Source: Candidatus Kerfeldbacteria bacterium
GTDB taxonomy: Bacteria > Patescibacteriota > Patescibacteriia > UBA9570 > XYC2-FULL-38-9
Direction of reading: 5' to 3'
DNA: 64,000 nucleotides
Assembly: GCA_043813585.1 (NCBI GenBank)
Contig: JBDRKW010000005.1
Span: forward strand, 3,409-67,408
Under the pieces are notes generated by a model that was not told the origin of the DNA, searched no databases, and saw only the letters and a list, made by a program, of their open reading frames with translations. Shown here in pieces: positions 10,004-18,469 of the stretch. The position numbers and the translations under genes are program-made. How positions within the stretch are numbered: the first letter of the stretch is position 1; every line of letters starts with the position of its first letter.

Positions 10004-11020
10004 ATGTATTCCCGACTGAAAAGCAATACGATTCTTGCAGGTCGTGCGCTCGGTACCATGGCACTCTTAACGGGTGTTTTTTTGGTGGCGTTCTTCATCG
10101 GGGATCCGTCGTACGCTAACGCGACGCAGTTGCCCGAACCGATCTATATCCAGCGTCCGAATAATCCGGTAATGAGCGTGCTCATTGGCGAGGCAAAGGC
10201 GAAAAATAAGTTCAGCGTGAACACGCAATACGTCATCGAAGATACGGAAGGGCGGCAATTCATAATCCTGAAAGCGCACCAGCACATGAGCATCAGCTAC
10301 GAGAACGGGATGTACATTGCAAAGCGCGGCAATAATATTATGAAATCCAACAAGCCGTTGCGCGTCACGCCCGACAGCCTCAAGAAGAAGGTTACCATAA
10401 CAAATTACGAAAACCGCCCGGCCTGGAATACGGAGCTGAACGACAACGTTTTTTTCGGCAGCATCGAGGTGGTCTATTCGGAAAATACCGGCCGCCTCCT
10501 GCTGGTGAACCATATCCCGCTCGAACGGTATGTGCGCGGCATTGCCGAGGTGAGCAACTCGCATCCGAAAGCGTATTTGAAGTCGCTGCTGGTGGCTGCG
10601 CGCACCTACGCTCTTTATAACATCCTCCACCCGACCAAGCACGCAGACGAACCGTATATCCTGGACGCAACAGATAACGACCAGATCTACCGCGGCGCGA
10701 ATTTTTCAAAGCGGTCGCCGAGGGTCCGCAAAGCGCAAAAAAAGACAAGGAAGAAAGTGATCATGTACGACGGCGAACCGATCATCGCGCCGTACTTCTC
10801 CTGTTCGGACGGCCGGACACGCGCATGGTCCGAGGTCTGGAACGGCAGCTACGCCTGGGCGCAGGCAGTTGATGACCCGTGCTGCACAACGATGACGCTA
10901 TGGGGCCACGGTGTCGGCTTAAGCGGCGAAGGCGCACGCTATTTTGCGGGCGAAGGATGGGGATACAAAAAAATCCTGAAGTATTACTATTCAGGAGTCG
11001 AGATCAAGAAAGGATATTAA
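10004..11020 (+). CDS. SpoIID/LytB domain protein (peptidoglycan amidase enhancer family)
   Basis: LERYVRGIAEVSNSHPKAYLKSLLVAARTYAL and YFSCSDGRTRAWSEVW match SpoIID motifs. Has an N-terminal TM segment. Start set to the ATG at 10004, downstream of the promoter. Confidence 0.6.
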   Translation: MYSRLKSNTILAGRALGTMALLTGVFLVAFFIGDPSYANATQLPEPIYIQRPNNPVMSVLIGEAKAKNKFSVNTQYVIEDTEGRQFIILKAHQHMSISYENGMYIAKRGNNIMKSNKPLRVTPDSLKKKVTITNYENRPAWNTELNDNVFFGSIEVVYSENTGRLLLVNHIPLERYVRGIAEVSNSHPKAYLKSLLVAARTYALYNILHPTKHADEPYILDATDNDQIYRGANFSKRSPRVRKAQKKTRKKVIMYDGEPIIAPYFSCSDGRTRAWSEVWNGSYAWAQAVDDPCCTTMTLWGHGVGLSGEGARYFAGEGWGYKKILKYYYSGVEIKKGY

Positions 11021-11034
11021 GCGCGCAATAACAC

Positions 11035-12096
11035 TCACGCGATAAACATCGCATCCCCAAAGCTGTAAAAGCGATATTTTTTATCAACCGCCTCCGCATA
11101 GGCGGCTTTTATGAAGTCGGTTCCGGCAAACGCAGCCACCAGCATAAGTAATGTGGACTTCGGAAGGTGGAAATTCGTGACCATTGCATCAATGCACTGG
11201 AATTCGTAGCCTGGCGTGATAAAAATGTCCGTCCACTTCTGGCCGGCGTGCAGTTGTCCGCGCTCCATGAACGATTCAAGCGTCCGCACCGTTGTTGTGC
11301 CAACCGCAATAATCCGACGCCCGGTGGACTTTGCCATATTCACCGCATGCGCCGTATCGTCCGGCACGATCGCATATTCAGAATGCATCTTGTGCTTTGA
11401 TACGTCGTCTTCGCGCACCGGCGCAAAGGTGCCGAGCCCGACATGCAGCGTAATCGGATGGCGCTCTACCACCATCTTCTCCAGCCGTCCAATTAGTTCG
11501 TTTGAAAAATGGAACCCGGCCGTGGGAGCTGCCGCAGAACCTTCGTGTTTGGCATAGATGGTCTGGTATTTGTCGCGCAGCTCCTGTTCTTCAAGCGGCG
11601 TTTCCTTTATATACGGAGGGATCGGCGTCCGGCCGATTTCATCCATGACATCGCGGAACTCTCTGCCATGCATATTTAACTCCACCTTCCAGGTTTCCGC
11701 AGATAACTGCTCGCCAATGCGCGCCTTCAGGCCGCTCTCGCCGAACACGACGCCGTCGCCTTCTCGAGTCCGGCGGCTGCCGACCATCGCTTCCCATACT
11801 TCGCGCGGCCCCTCATCATCGGCCGCATCATCAAAACGGCGAAGCAGCAGTAGCTCCGTCTTACCCCTGCTTTCCGCTTTCTGTCCGAGCAGGCGCGACG
11901 GCATGACCTTGGAGTCGTTGTATACGAGCACATCGCCCTCGCGCAAGAACTCCGGCAATTCAAAAAACCGACGATGGGCAATCGTCTGGTCATCACGGCT
12001 CAGAACCATCAAGCGCGAGGAATCGCGCGGGCCTTCAACCGGCTGCTGCGCAATCAATTCCTGCGGCAGCTCAAAATCAAAGTCCGAAGCCTTCAT
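11035..12096 (-). CDS. queA: S-adenosylmethionine:tRNA ribosyltransferase-isomerase
   Basis: MKASDFDFELPQELIAQQPVEGPRDSSRLMVL is a canonical QueA N-terminus. 353 aa. Confidence 0.8.
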   Translation of the reverse strand: MKASDFDFELPQELIAQQPVEGPRDSSRLMVLSRDDQTIAHRRFFELPEFLREGDVLVYNDSKVMPSRLLGQKAESRGKTELLLLRRFDDAADDEGPREVWEAMVGSRRTREGDGVVFGESGLKARIGEQLSAETWKVELNMHGREFRDVMDEIGRTPIPPYIKETPLEEQELRDKYQTIYAKHEGSAAAPTAGFHFSNELIGRLEKMVVERHPITLHVGLGTFAPVREDDVSKHKMHSEYAIVPDDTAHAVNMAKSTGRRIIAVGTTTVRTLESFMERGQLHAGQKWTDIFITPGYEFQCIDAMVTNFHLPKSTLLMLVAAFAGTDFIKAAYAEAVDKKYRFYSFGDAMFIA

Positions 12097-13007
12097 GCCG
12101 ATGGCGGTGCGGACGGGGGGAGTGTTGGTCGGTTCGGATCGCGAGGCGGAATCGGCTGCGGGCCGGAAGGGAACTGCTGCGGCTGCTGCTGCGGAAGCGG
12201 CTCAACGCGGCGCACCTGTGCCGGAGCCGGACGCTGATGCATCGGAGCCGGCTGCTGCTGTTGAGGCGGAACAACGCCCGCACCGACATTCATCTGCGCA
12301 TCAGCCTGGCTGTACCCCATCTGCGCCTGGTGCCGGTAGGCCTCCTGTTGGCGTACGCGCTCCAGCTCATTCTTCTTGAGTATGCGGTCGTGTACCTGCA
12401 AAATGACCTTTGCAACCTCTGATGGGTGCGGAACCTGTTCAAACACGAACCGCGCTTCTTCACCTGCCGTCTGGATATGCACCTGGCCGTAGTCCAAAAA
12501 CGTCTGCACCTTTCCCTTAATTTCGGACGTCACATCCTGCACGCGCGAGATGTTCAGTTCAGAAACAACGCGGTTAAACAGCCCGACCTGCTCGATCGAA
12601 ACGACGCGCTGGTCCGTCACTACCCAGATGTCCAGGTGGTAATCGACAAAGTCATGGAAAAATGCCAAAAACGAGAACAGATAATACAGGCTGAACAGTT
12701 CTACCGCCAGAACATATAATGCGCCGCCAGATTCAACCCGGATGGAGGTATAAAAATAAAGGATAGCCAAAATAACAGGCGGAAGAACCAGGGAAAGAAC
12801 GAGCTGCAAAATATCGCGCGCCAGAATTGTCCAGTGCCTCCGCAGCAGCAGCACGACATGCTCATTCGGCCGCTGGGTCGGGAAATGCAGCGGCTTGTGT
12901 TCTGCCGGATGGCGCTGCAGCTTCTGGCGCGACGTCCGGATCGGCCGTGCGGCGGTCGATTTCATTACGTGCGTCGGGTCGAATTGTGCCCTATCTTTTT
13001 TGCCCAT
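12093..13007 (-). CDS. Membrane protein with bacterial PH (bPH_2/YdbT-like) domain and Pro/Gln-rich C-terminus
   Basis: Two TM segments followed by a DUF304/bPH_2-like region (DIWVVTDQRVVSIEQVGLFNRVVSELNISRVQDV). Start set to the ATG at 13007, preceded by a GGGGGAGGA RBS. Confidence 0.5.
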   Translation of the reverse strand: MGKKDRAQFDPTHVMKSTAARPIRTSRQKLQRHPAEHKPLHFPTQRPNEHVVLLLRRHWTILARDILQLVLSLVLPPVILAILYFYTSIRVESGGALYVLAVELFSLYYLFSFLAFFHDFVDYHLDIWVVTDQRVVSIEQVGLFNRVVSELNISRVQDVTSEIKGKVQTFLDYGQVHIQTAGEEARFVFEQVPHPSEVAKVILQVHDRILKKNELERVRQQEAYRHQAQMGYSQADAQMNVGAGVVPPQQQQPAPMHQRPAPAQVRRVEPLPQQQPQQFPSGPQPIPPRDPNRPTLPPSAPPSA

Positions 13008-13008
13008 A

Positions 13009-13293
13009 TTATATTCCTCCCCCGGTTGACGGACCGCCGATCGATCCGAAATTAAAGTCGCCAAGAATGCCGAACAGGTCAAATGAATCAAACCACGGAA
13101 TGTCGGATAGCAGCATAATCGTAACCGTGATAACGGCAGCGGTAAACCCGATAAAGATGAACGCATTCAGCTTTCCGGTAAAATCAAAGAAGCCGAACTT
13201 GAATAAATGATAGAGGTTGAAAAACGTCCAAACCATGAACACAACAATGCCGAGCAGGTAGATGATGATCAGGACGTAATAGGGAACCTCCAT
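13009..13293 (-). CDS. Small hydrophobic membrane protein (94 aa)
   Basis: Two predicted TM helices. Its stop abuts the start of the downstream bPH gene, and it lies within the ruvB-queA minus-strand operon. Confidence 0.4.
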   Translation of the reverse strand: MEVPYYVLIIIYLLGIVVFMVWTFFNLYHLFKFGFFDFTGKLNAFIFIGFTAAVITVTIMLLSDIPWFDSFDLFGILGDFNFGSIGGPSTGGGI

Positions 13294-13301
13294 TTATGCT
13301 T

Positions 13302-14324
13302 TTACGTGACTAAGTTGCTTTGCTGCATCGGCGCTTTCATGCCGAGGTGGTTGTAAGCGCGTTCGGTAACCATGCGTCCACGCAGGGTGCGCTCCAGGAA
13401 CCCGATCTGCATCAGGAACGGTTCGTGGATCTCTTCAATCGTCTCCTGCTCCTCTGACGTTGCCGCTGCGATGGTTTGTACGCCGACCGGGCCGCCTTTG
13501 AACTTTTCTATGATCGCCGAAAGTATCTTGCGGTCTACATCATCCAGGCCGAGCTCGTCGACTTCCAGTAATGAAAGGGCGTCCTTGGTCATGTCGCAGG
13601 TGACTTCGCCGTTATTTTTCACCTGGGCGTAGTCGCGGACGCGCTTCAACAGCCGGTTGGCGATCCGGGGAGTGCGGCGCGCGCGCCTGGCGATCTCTGC
13701 GGCGCAGTCGCCATCAATCTCGATTGCCAGGATCTTTGCAGACCTCATGATTATTGTAGCAATTTCTGACTCTTCGTAAAAGTTCAGCTTGTAGTGCACG
13801 CCGAACCGTTCGCGCAGCGGAGCGGAAATCAGGCTCATGCGCGTGGTGGCCCCGATGATCGTGAATTTAGGGAGGTCCAGGCGCAGCGTGCGCGCTGCCG
13901 GCCCCTTTCCGGCAACCAGGTCAAGCGCAAAGTCCTCCATCGCGGGGTAGAGGATCTCTTCAATCACCTTATGCAAACGGTGTATTTCATCAATAAACAG
14001 CACATCGCCTTCTTCCAGGTTGGAGAGGATCGCCGCCAGGTCGCCCGCGCGTTCAATCGCCGGGCCGGAGGTCACCCGGATGTTTGCACCCATCTCCTTG
14101 GCTATAATATGGGCCAGCGTGGTCTTCCCGAGGCCGGGGCTGCCGTGCAGCAGCACATGCTCAATCGGTTCTTTTCGGTGCTTCGCCGCATTTATCAGGA
14201 TGTGCAGGTTATCTTTTAGCTTATTTTGGCCAATAAAATCATCGAATTTGGACGGCCGCAGCGTCAAATCCAGTGTTTTATCCTCCTCTTCCTGCCGAGG
14301 ATTCGTGACAAATTCGATACTCAT
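13302..14324 (-). CDS. ruvB: Holliday junction branch-migration ATPase RuvB
   Basis: [22 protein letters not shown] Walker A and overall RuvB architecture. 340 aa. Confidence 0.85.
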   Translation of the reverse strand: MSIEFVTNPRQEEEDKTLDLTLRPSKFDDFIGQNKLKDNLHILINAAKHRKEPIEHVLLHGSPGLGKTTLAHIIAKEMGANIRVTSGPAIERAGDLAAILSNLEEGDVLFIDEIHRLHKVIEEILYPAMEDFALDLVAGKGPAARTLRLDLPKFTIIGATTRMSLISAPLRERFGVHYKLNFYEESEIATIIMRSAKILAIEIDGDCAAEIARRARRTPRIANRLLKRVRDYAQVKNNGEVTCDMTKDALSLLEVDELGLDDVDRKILSAIIEKFKGGPVGVQTIAAATSEEQETIEEIHEPFLMQIGFLERTLRGRMVTERAYNHLGMKAPMQQSNLVT

Positions 14325-14411
14325 AATAGCGTTAGAACAGCACTAGTATACCTAAAATTAGCAAAATATGCAACTTTTTGAAGGGTATCCATTATATCCC
14401 ACCGGACGCTC

Positions 14412-14440
14412 TTGACAAATCGCCAATACTGTGATAAGCT
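14412..14440 (+). promoter_or_regulatory. Strong plus-strand promoter TTGACA-17-TGaTAAGCT (extended -10). Its -35 overlaps the -35 of a divergent minus-strand ruvB promoter
   Basis: TTGACA at 14412-14417, TG at 14432-33 and TAAGCT at 14435-40. On the minus strand, TTGTCA (14413-14418) and TATAAT sit upstream of ruvB. Confidence 0.5.
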
Positions 14441-14446
14441 CCTTGG

Positions 14447-14678
14447 TTACTGACTCCAATTGGGTCGGTAGCGATTGTTTTGTTGTCACTGATGGTTACT
14501 GATGCTCGGTAGTATTCAGCAGGCACGACAAGCATGGGAAGGTTACTTTTTGGAAAACTCAGGCTACGGCTCGAGTCCTCCAAAGTCACATTCTCTTGCC
14601 TGCTGTATATTGCGGAGCATTTTTCTTTGCCTCCGCGCAGGCGCATAAAAAAGACCTGACTTCCAGTCAGGCTTTTTT
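14447..14678 (+). ncRNA. Candidate small RNA of about 230 nt, defined only by its promoter and terminator
   Basis: Bounded by the 14412-14440 promoter and the 14645-14678 hairpin plus T6. The only ORFs are short and overlapping. No known RNA family was recognised by eye. Confidence 0.3.
14645..14678. terminator. Bidirectional intrinsic terminator (A6-cctgact-tcc-agtcagg-cT6)
   Basis: A 7-bp stem flanked by an A-run and a T-run. It embeds the TGA stop of the minus-strand VanW-like gene. Confidence 0.6.
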
Positions 14679-16691
14679 GTCGTCTTTTTTATCGCTGCTT
14701 TGCGGCTCTGGCTCAGGCTCTGGTTCAGGTTCCGGCTCATCCGGCGTTTCACCAACTAAGCACACCGCCTGCCACGGTTTGTAGACGGATGTGTAGGTTT
14801 CTTCAAATGTTTCACCGTTTGCATATTCAATACTGTACACAAAGCTTGCGGTCGTTCCGGCGTGAGCAGACTCCGTACACTTACGCTGGCCGGGCGCCAA
14901 GTCGGGTGAAGGAATCTCTTTTGTCGGAGGCGGAGAGACCCAGCCGGAAATAGTCGGCGGGCTGAACTCTGCCACGCGGCCGTCATCTGTTCCCCAGTAG
15001 TCAAAATATATATGTACGCCGTCAATGCGCGTCTGCAACAGGATATATCCGGGCGTGTCATTGATGAATCGGAAGTCAGGCCATGGATCATAGATTGTTG
15101 CGTCTGTTCCCGGCAGGCCGTTGCGGTCATCAGCATAGTACGACACGACATAAGAATGGTTCTGGCGGGAGGTAATCTCCAGTCCGCTGCCCAGTACGCC
15201 GCGGAACGTTGTTGTTCCGATCTGGCACAGGCCGCCGCCAACCTCCGGCTTGGTTTCGTTCCCCTTAATCACGAGCTCTGCCACGTATCCGTTCTCAATC
15301 GTAAATGGTTTCAATGCATCAAGTAGGGAGAACTCCTCGTCCGGGGCGATCAACAGGCCGTTTAACAGTTCGGCGCCCCGTGCGATATTCAACTGGCGGT
15401 TGTACGGGCTTCCTGACATATTGGAATGACCAGTGCCGAGAATAGTTTCTATGCCCAAATCGTTGATATTGTCAGGAGTGAATTTTGGTTCGTCGATTGT
15501 CACCACTACATTCACGGTCAGCCCGTCTTCTGCAATCTCTTCATCTTCAGCTGCAAACGTTTCGGAAAACAGGAACGCCTCAATTTGCAAACTGGTTGCA
15601 TCCAGATCGACAGAACGGCCTTCAGATGCCGGCTGCATCTCAACAATGTTTGTGAGGCCGCCGCCATCATCTGTTTCGATTTTCCATCGCGCTTCTTTCA
15701 CATCCACATTCACGGCATCAAGCACATCGGTGATCCCGGCCTCCAGCCGTTCCGGATCAACAGCAAGCGTTCCGGATTCATACGAAAGCCAGCCGCCGAC
15801 GCTGCCACGGTCATATTCCCAGTTTTGGTCTTCCCAGGAAAGGGTCACGGGAGCCTTGTCCAGGTACGATTCTATCATCACCACTTCAGCGCCAATGTCG
15901 TCAGCAGTCACAACTGGTGCATCCGGCATGAGCGCAATAGACAGCTCCTGCGCGCTAAAACGCCGCAGCTGGTTTTCCACGCCTTTTGCAATCGAGTCAT
16001 AATCAAACGCCTGGCCGGACTGTTCCGGCACGATATCAACGTCGCCAAATTCAGAAATCATGATGTCTGCGTTCACTGCAGGGAACTCGTATGCAGAAAA
16101 CACATCTTCTAGCAGCTCTTTTGTGTATTCCCGGTCAAAGGTGAACTGCAGGGCGATGCGCCGCCCGTCTTTCCATGCCCAGAACTGCTGTTTCATGTTC
16201 AGCCACCAGTCATCGCCGCGCCCGATCGCATACGCCGCATCCAGGCTGGCCTTTAAATCCACGGAATATATCTCGCGTTCATTCACGGCAGAAGAAAACG
16301 GGACAATCGTCGGCGTCAGCTGCAGCACGGGGGAAGCTGCGGCCTGCGTCGCTTCATCTTCCGCAGCCTCTGCGTCTTCCGCTTCTTCAGTTTCTACGAC
16401 TCCGTCCGGATACGTTACCGAAATGCCGTTTTCTGAAATGATGTCCACCTTTGCCTGCAGTTCATCCAGCGCTTCCATGTACGTTTTGCCGGAAAGGTCC
16501 TGCTCTTCCAGCGCCACGCCCGGATAAAACGCAACTTCATATCTGTTGAGGTACAGCGCGTATAGCGCAAAGCACACGCCGACCGCAAGTACCAGCGCGC
16601 CTCCGGCGGAAACCGACGCAATCGCAACAGCGCGCTTCTGTTTTTTGGTGAGCTTCTTCTTTTTATCCTCTTTTTTCTGTTCCTCACTCAT
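14667..16691 (-). CDS. VanW-like domain protein with N-terminal TM anchor and C-terminal (PE)n linker
   Basis: GGGLCQIGTTTFRG matches the VanW motif. Lys-rich N-terminus plus a TM segment. The C-terminus contains PEPEPEPEPEP. Confidence 0.55.
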   Translation of the reverse strand: MSEEQKKEDKKKKLTKKQKRAVAIASVSAGGALVLAVGVCFALYALYLNRYEVAFYPGVALEEQDLSGKTYMEALDELQAKVDIISENGISVTYPDGVVETEEAEDAEAAEDEATQAAASPVLQLTPTIVPFSSAVNEREIYSVDLKASLDAAYAIGRGDDWWLNMKQQFWAWKDGRRIALQFTFDREYTKELLEDVFSAYEFPAVNADIMISEFGDVDIVPEQSGQAFDYDSIAKGVENQLRRFSAQELSIALMPDAPVVTADDIGAEVVMIESYLDKAPVTLSWEDQNWEYDRGSVGGWLSYESGTLAVDPERLEAGITDVLDAVNVDVKEARWKIETDDGGGLTNIVEMQPASEGRSVDLDATSLQIEAFLFSETFAAEDEEIAEDGLTVNVVVTIDEPKFTPDNINDLGIETILGTGHSNMSGSPYNRQLNIARGAELLNGLLIAPDEEFSLLDALKPFTIENGYVAELVIKGNETKPEVGGGLCQIGTTTFRGVLGSGLEITSRQNHSYVVSYYADDRNGLPGTDATIYDPWPDFRFINDTPGYILLQTRIDGVHIYFDYWGTDDGRVAEFSPPTISGWVSPPPTKEIPSPDLAPGQRKCTESAHAGTTASFVYSIEYANGETFEETYTSVYKPWQAVCLVGETPDEPEPEPEPEPEPQSSDKKDDKKA

Positions 16692-16887
16692 GGTCTCCGT
16701 TCAATAGTTCGTTGATGATATCTGCGGCGCTGTTCATGGTGAGCGTCACTTCGTCGCCGACAGAATAAGACAATTTATTTATCTGTTCAGGTTCGGCAGG
16801 CCAGCGGAATGTCGCGCCGCCCGGGAGCTTCACCATCAATCCGTCCTCCTCAATCGCGATAATGCGGACTTTCTGTATCAATGCCAT
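16684..16887 (-). CDS. Small hypothetical protein (67 aa)
   Basis: The ORF overlaps the VanW-like start by 8 nt. A TTGACA-17-TACGTT promoter lies upstream on the minus strand. No recognisable domain. Confidence 0.35.
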   Translation of the reverse strand: MALIQKVRIIAIEEDGLMVKLPGGATFRWPAEPEQINKLSYSVGDEVTLTMNSAADIINELLNGDHE

Positions 16888-16957
16888 AGGTATTTACCAA
16901 AAATCAGCGTTTAGGACTGCTCAACGTATCAATTCGGGCGGGGGCTGTCAATATCGG

Positions 16958-17512
16958 TCAGTCCTCTACCTCGACAACTTCAATCTTGCCGTTATGTGAA
17001 CGTTGTGATTTCGGAAGTCGAATAGTCAAAATACCGTTCTCCAGCGCTGCCTTTACCTCGTCGTGCTGTATATCTACCGGAAGGATGATCGACCGGGAAA
17101 AACCGCCCCAGTAGCATTCGCGGATGAAGTAGTCGTCGTCGCGCGTCTCTTCCATCTTGTGCCTGCGCACGCCTTTGATGGTGATCATGTCGCCGTTCAT
17201 GTCGATCTCCAGGTCTTCTTTTTTCACGCCTGCAACCGTAGAGACGATGATGATTTCGTCGTCGGTCTGGAACACGTCTACCGCCAACTGTCCGTCGTAG
17301 CTGATGTTCTCCTGCATCCACTCCTCGTCAATATCCTGGTCATCGTACGTTTCGGTGATGTTGCGTTTGGAACCCTGCGCTGCGGATTGCTTCAGGGTGA
17401 CGAGGGAGCTGTCTGTGTCGCCGAACGCGGTGCGGAAAAAGTCCTCGTTGTACTCGACGTCGTCGAATGCGAGCTCTTTTATTTTCTTTGAAAATGTTTC
17501 CGGGTCTGGCAT
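16958..17512 (-). CDS. Hsp20/alpha-crystallin family small heat shock protein
   Basis: A conserved ACD region (DVFQTDDEIIIVSTVAGVKKEDLEIDMNGDMITIKG...ILTIRLPK). Start at 17512 is preceded by an AAGGAGG RBS and a TTGTAC-17-TATAAT promoter. Confidence 0.8.
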   Translation of the reverse strand: MPDPETFSKKIKELAFDDVEYNEDFFRTAFGDTDSSLVTLKQSAAQGSKRNITETYDDQDIDEEWMQENISYDGQLAVDVFQTDDEIIIVSTVAGVKKEDLEIDMNGDMITIKGVRRHKMEETRDDDYFIRECYWGGFSRSIILPVDIQHDEVKAALENGILTIRLPKSQRSHNGKIEVVEVED

Positions 17513-17645
17513 ATGTTTTCCTCCTTTATTCACACGTTATTATACAATTTTATGGAGTCGTGTACAAGATATCCACCGGTTGTTGCCACCTTTTCCACGG
17601 TTCTCGGTGGATAACTCGGTTTTTGGCTGATGTTGCGGCGGAATT

Positions 17646-17675
17646 CTTGACGTTTGGCGATTCCTTACATATAAT
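17646..17675 (+). promoter_or_regulatory. Sigma70-type promoter for tRNA-Glu (TTGACG-18-TATAAT)
   Basis: -35 at 17646-17651 and -10 at 17670-17675. The tRNA starts 13 nt downstream. Confidence 0.65.
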
Positions 17676-17687
17676 GTGCTCTGCTTT

Positions 17688-17759
17688 GCCCGCATCGTCT
17701 AATGGTTAGGACATCAGGTTTTCATCCTGGCAATCGGGGTTCGATTCCCCGTGCGGGTG
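17688..17759 (+). tRNA. tRNA-Glu (anticodon UUC); CCA not encoded
   Basis: Hand-folded cloverleaf: acceptor GCCCGCA/TGCGGGT, D-stem GTCT/GGAC, anticodon stem TCAGG/CCTGG with loop TTTTCAT, T-arm CGGGG-TTCGATT-CCCCG. Confidence 0.85.
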
Positions 17760-17800
17760 CTAAAGAAGAAACGTCTCCCATTTGGGAGGCGTTTTTCTTT
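17742..17800 (+). repeat. Direct repeat copy 1: tRNA-Glu 3' end (cgattccccgtgcgggtgc) plus terminator hairpin
   Basis: The 59 bp are identical to 22977-23035. Confidence 0.75.
17771..17800 (+). terminator. Intrinsic terminator after tRNA-Glu (acgtctccc-attt-gggaggcgt, then T5cttt)
   Basis: A 9-bp stem followed by a T-run. The same hairpin recurs at 23001-23035, and a variant at 24382-24412. Confidence 0.6.
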
Positions 17801-17891
17801 ATTATTCCTGCAACGGGGAAGCGAAGGGCAGCAGTGAGGCAAAACGCGTCAGCGTTGCAGCCGAACGCCGCTTGGGTGCCGGCGGCACGCA

Positions 17892-17926
17892 AGCGCTGCC
17901 CCGGACCCGATTCCCCGTGCGGGTGC
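17892..17926 (+). repeat. Direct repeat copy 2: agcgctgccccggacccgattccccgtgcgggtgc
   Basis: Shares a 23-nt core with tRNA-Glu 3'-end-derived copies 3 and 4, and a 35-nt block with copy 3. Confidence 0.75.
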
Positions 17927-18086
17927 CACCATAGAGCACTCCCAAGTTATCACCGGTAATCAGCGCCTATTATATTTTCGATAGGTCGGGATTTATTGCC
18001 TACGGGTTGCCCATATTGGGAGGACAAAAAAACGGCACTGCCCTGCTATACTATAGATAGAGGAGGCAAACAACTTAATCGAAAAA

Positions 18087-18287
18087 ATGACAAAACCATC
18101 AATTGTGAAAAAACATCAAGCGCAGCTCCTTCTCCGTGCCGTGCACGAGATCATGGAGAAATACGCCGGCCCAGCTGCATTCCACGACAAGATATTTTGG
18201 AAAATTCATGCTGCTTTATCCCGACATGAAATGACGATGAAAGAGGCTGAAGAATACGTTTCGGCACTGTCCTCTTCGGCAGAGTGA
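18087..18287 (+). CDS. Small hypothetical protein (66 aa)
   Basis: An ORF only. It is the first gene inside island module 2. A weak RBS is located too far upstream. Confidence 0.25.
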   Translation: MTKPSIVKKHQAQLLLRAVHEIMEKYAGPAAFHDKIFWKIHAALSRHEMTMKEAEEYVSALSSSAE

Positions 18288-18469
18288 CCGTGCAGAATTT
18301 TAGGGATTAGCGCATCGCGCCACTGTATGTTATTGCTAGAATCCTAGCCCAGTCAACAACGGATGAGAGCTCCCTGCCGCTGATCTCACTGAAGAAACCG
18401 AGCGCCTGTGCTTCACTATCAAGATTCCGATATTCTGGGTACAATTCTTTACTAATGAAGTCGAGCAAA

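Noticed and set aside
14447-14678. SRP (4.5S) RNA or 6S RNA identity for the candidate sRNA
   Set aside because: Only a weak resemblance (agcaggcacgacaagcatgggaagg) to the SRP domain IV motif, with no GGAA/AGCAGC core. No further evidence, so it is left as an unclassified candidate.
14667-14730. ggctctggctcaggctctggttcaggttccggctca tandem repeat
   Set aside because: It is simply the coding sequence for a (PE)n linker (PEPEPEPEPEP) at the C-terminus of the VanW-like protein. It is not a CRISPR or regulatory repeat.
14392-14784. Small ORFs 14392-14646(-), 14564-14755(-) and 14596-14784(+)
   Set aside because: They overlap the promoter, terminator and VanW 3' end. There is no RBS or coherent composition.
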